A DNA stretch of 64,000 bases from Raja brachyura (Eukaryota). Positions within the stretch are counted from its first letter, which is position 1; every line of letters begins with the position of its first letter. This document shows, piece by piece, positions 61,629 through 64,000 of the stretch. The stretch covers positions 25,172,001-25,236,000 of the forward strand of contig OY740789.1 of NCBI GenBank assembly GCA_963514005.1, read 5' to 3'. The position numbers and the translations under genes are program-made. The notes beneath the pieces are model-generated. The model made no database searches. It had not been told where the DNA came from and saw only the letters and a program-made list of their open reading frames with translations.

Positions 61629-63552
61629 GTACTCATACATGTTTTTTTAATGTTCAATTATGAATTAAAATATATTTAGATTGTTAACAGTGGAGAGTAT
61701 AAATCTTTTAGCTAATTTTATACATTTGACTCAAATTACTGTTGTTGGAATGTTATAATGAAAATTCCCTCAGCCGTGATAAGGTTTTGATGTTGATCAA
61801 GGATCCATGGCAATGAAAAAACGCCAGATGGTTATTTCACATCATGGAAAATCATAGAAGTTAAAAGTGTACAAGAACCATACAATTAAACAATATAATA
61901 ACAAATCTGCCTTGTTGATGACAAGCAAAACAAATTAGCTGGGCAACTCAACTGGTCAAGTAGCATCTGTGGAGGCAAAGGGATGGTTGATATTTCGTGC
62001 CAAGACCATCCTTGTGGTTTTGCTGTCTTACGAACAACAAGTATGCTCATTACCTTTTTTCCCTGAAGTGATTCATCTATGTTTTCAAAATTTTGAATTG
62101 CATTTGGTCATTAATTCTTGAGTGATATGTGTTCAATTAGACAGGTGTTACTGATGTGTGGTACCCAGTACTAAGCAATAATGGAATTTAGGAATTAACA
62201 CATTTTGTAGCTGGTGTCTAACATAATTGTGCAAAATACCAAAGATTGCCAAACATGTTATGTTTCTTTTGCTTGGAGTACAATCTGGATGCATTGTTCT
62301 GACAAAGTCCTACAACATATGAGTGTCATGTTTCATTCACTCTAATGCAGCTGCTTTTGTAGGCATAATACCTGCTATCATACTTTCGATGCTAATTTGA
62401 GCATTCACTTGACCAGTGGGGAACTTTGTGATGCCTCTCTTTAAGATATGGTCATATCTCTAATGTGCTTCAATAAAAAATGAGTATTTTTAAAGGAATT
62501 TTTCAGAACAAAGTCAGGAAATTTGCAGTTTCTTAATTTCTGGACAAATCGCAGAAAAATGCAACAATAGAGTACCAATAGACATTTCTTGTTGGCCTCA
62601 AATGGAACACACTCCATTGAAAGATTTGAATGCATTACCTTCAAAACATTATCAACATTAAAGGTCATAATGTTTTACACCTTATAAGACCATGCAGCAC
62701 TGAGGCAAGAGGAAAAGTGGGAAGACTATACTGGTGTTAATGTCATGGTTACCAAACCTCGATAGTAAAGAAGTTCAGAATTATTGGTTTCCTGGAACTC
62801 AAGAGAAAAGCATTGTGAATGTCATTGCTTCTTGTTCACCTGGTTCTTTTTGGTCAGTTAACTGCAAAAGTGCATAAAATTGCAACAATCCCAAGATATC
62901 TATCAGTCAAGCCTCTGGTGGACACAAGGAACTGTAGATGGTGGTTAACACAAAAAGACACAAAGTGTTAGAGTATCTCAGTGGATCAGGCGGCATTGCT
63001 GGAGAACTTGGATAGATGACGTTTCGGATCAGCAACCTTCAGACTAATTGTAGTAGGGAGGAGAAAGATTTGAGGGTGGTACAAAGCCAGGCAGCTGCTT
63101 GGTAGATACAGGTGAGAGTGATTTTAATTTAATTTAGAGATACAGCACAAAAATAGGCTCTTTGGCCTACTGAGTCTACACCAACCAGTATTCATCCAAT
63201 GTTATCCCACTTTCTCATCCACTCCCTGCGCATAAGATGTAATTTATAGAGATCAATTAACACACAAATCTGTATGTTAGTGGGAGGAAACCAAAGCACC
63301 CTGAAGAGCAACCCACGAGAACGTGCAAAATCCACACAGACAGCCCCTGAGTTCAAGGTTGAACTTTGGTCTCTGGCACTGAGGCAGCAGCTCCACCAAT
63401 TGTCCCACATAGTGCTGCTTAAATTGGAATTGGCAGATGGGTGGACAAAGGCCAGAGATATGTAGAGAAGAGGCACAAAGTGTGAATCCCGAGGATGGGA
63501 TATAGTGGAAGAGGACGGAGAAAGAGGAAAGGGTTCTTTTTGGTCAGTTAAC

Positions 63553-63903
63553 TAAAATAGTAAGATTAAACGAGAACTTACCTGTTCAAAGTTTGATCTT
63601 TATTTTATGAAGAGTTGCGATGAGGGATTACGTGAGGAAGCCCCGCCTGGCGCTTGATCGGCATACTTCAAAGCAGTGGCATGAAAAACACAGAACCAAT
63701 AGCCGGAGTAAGATAGTAAGGCCCAACATAGACTAGAACTACCAAATGATCATTTATATTATGAGGGTTGGGAGCGGAGGGCACGTAATCCCTCATCGTA
63801 ACTCCTCATAAAATAAAGATCAAACTTCGAACAGGTACGTCCTCCTTTAATCTTACTATTTTACTTCAGAGTCACGTGACTACGTGAAGATTTTAAAGCT
63901 CTG
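63553..63903. mobile_element. DIRS-like terminal structure (inverted repeats plus adjacent ICR-like segment)
   Basis: 82-bp inverted repeats at 63553-63634 / 63782-63863, followed by a partial TACGTGA echo. No TSD seen. The family call is by resemblance only. Confidence 0.5.
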
Positions 63904-64000
63904 TTTTTTATGTCGTAGATTCATTCCATACGACACTCTGTTTAGTCAATACAGTAGTGAGTAAATAGTATTTTAAAACATTGGCACAATTTATGTAATG

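Noticed and set aside
61090-64000. 3' end of MNAT1, expected from human synteny
   Set aside because: No MNAT1 C-terminal peptide was recognised on the minus strand.

Overview
Repeat-rich vertebrate genomic DNA. The repeat content (tRNA-headed HE1/V-SINE-like SINEs, CR1/HER1-like LINEs, Penelope-derived palindromes) points to a cartilaginous fish; this is inferred. Two protein-coding genes sit head-to-head across a 134-bp CpG-rich gap. TRMT5 is complete on + (5 coding exons, 48739-61087, 500 aa by my splicing). SLC38A6 on - shows coding exons 1-4 (48604-35117); no later exon was recognised in the remaining 35 kb. The rest is transposable elements: CR1, Rex1/Babar, RTE, Penelope, DIRS-like, Tc1, Harbinger, hAT-like and Helitron. 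Best finding: three copies of a ~120-150 bp TSD-flanked retroposon with a (GAA)n tail (16917, 17857, 59992). All three begin exactly at nucleotide +1 of a predicted ~54-nt minimal (P4-less) HDV/CPEB3-like self-cleaving ribozyme. Penelope-derived palindromes carrying minimal hammerhead cores are a second ribozyme-associated family. All family names come from motif recognition by eye, not database searches, and repeat boundaries are approximate unless a TSD or TIR is given.
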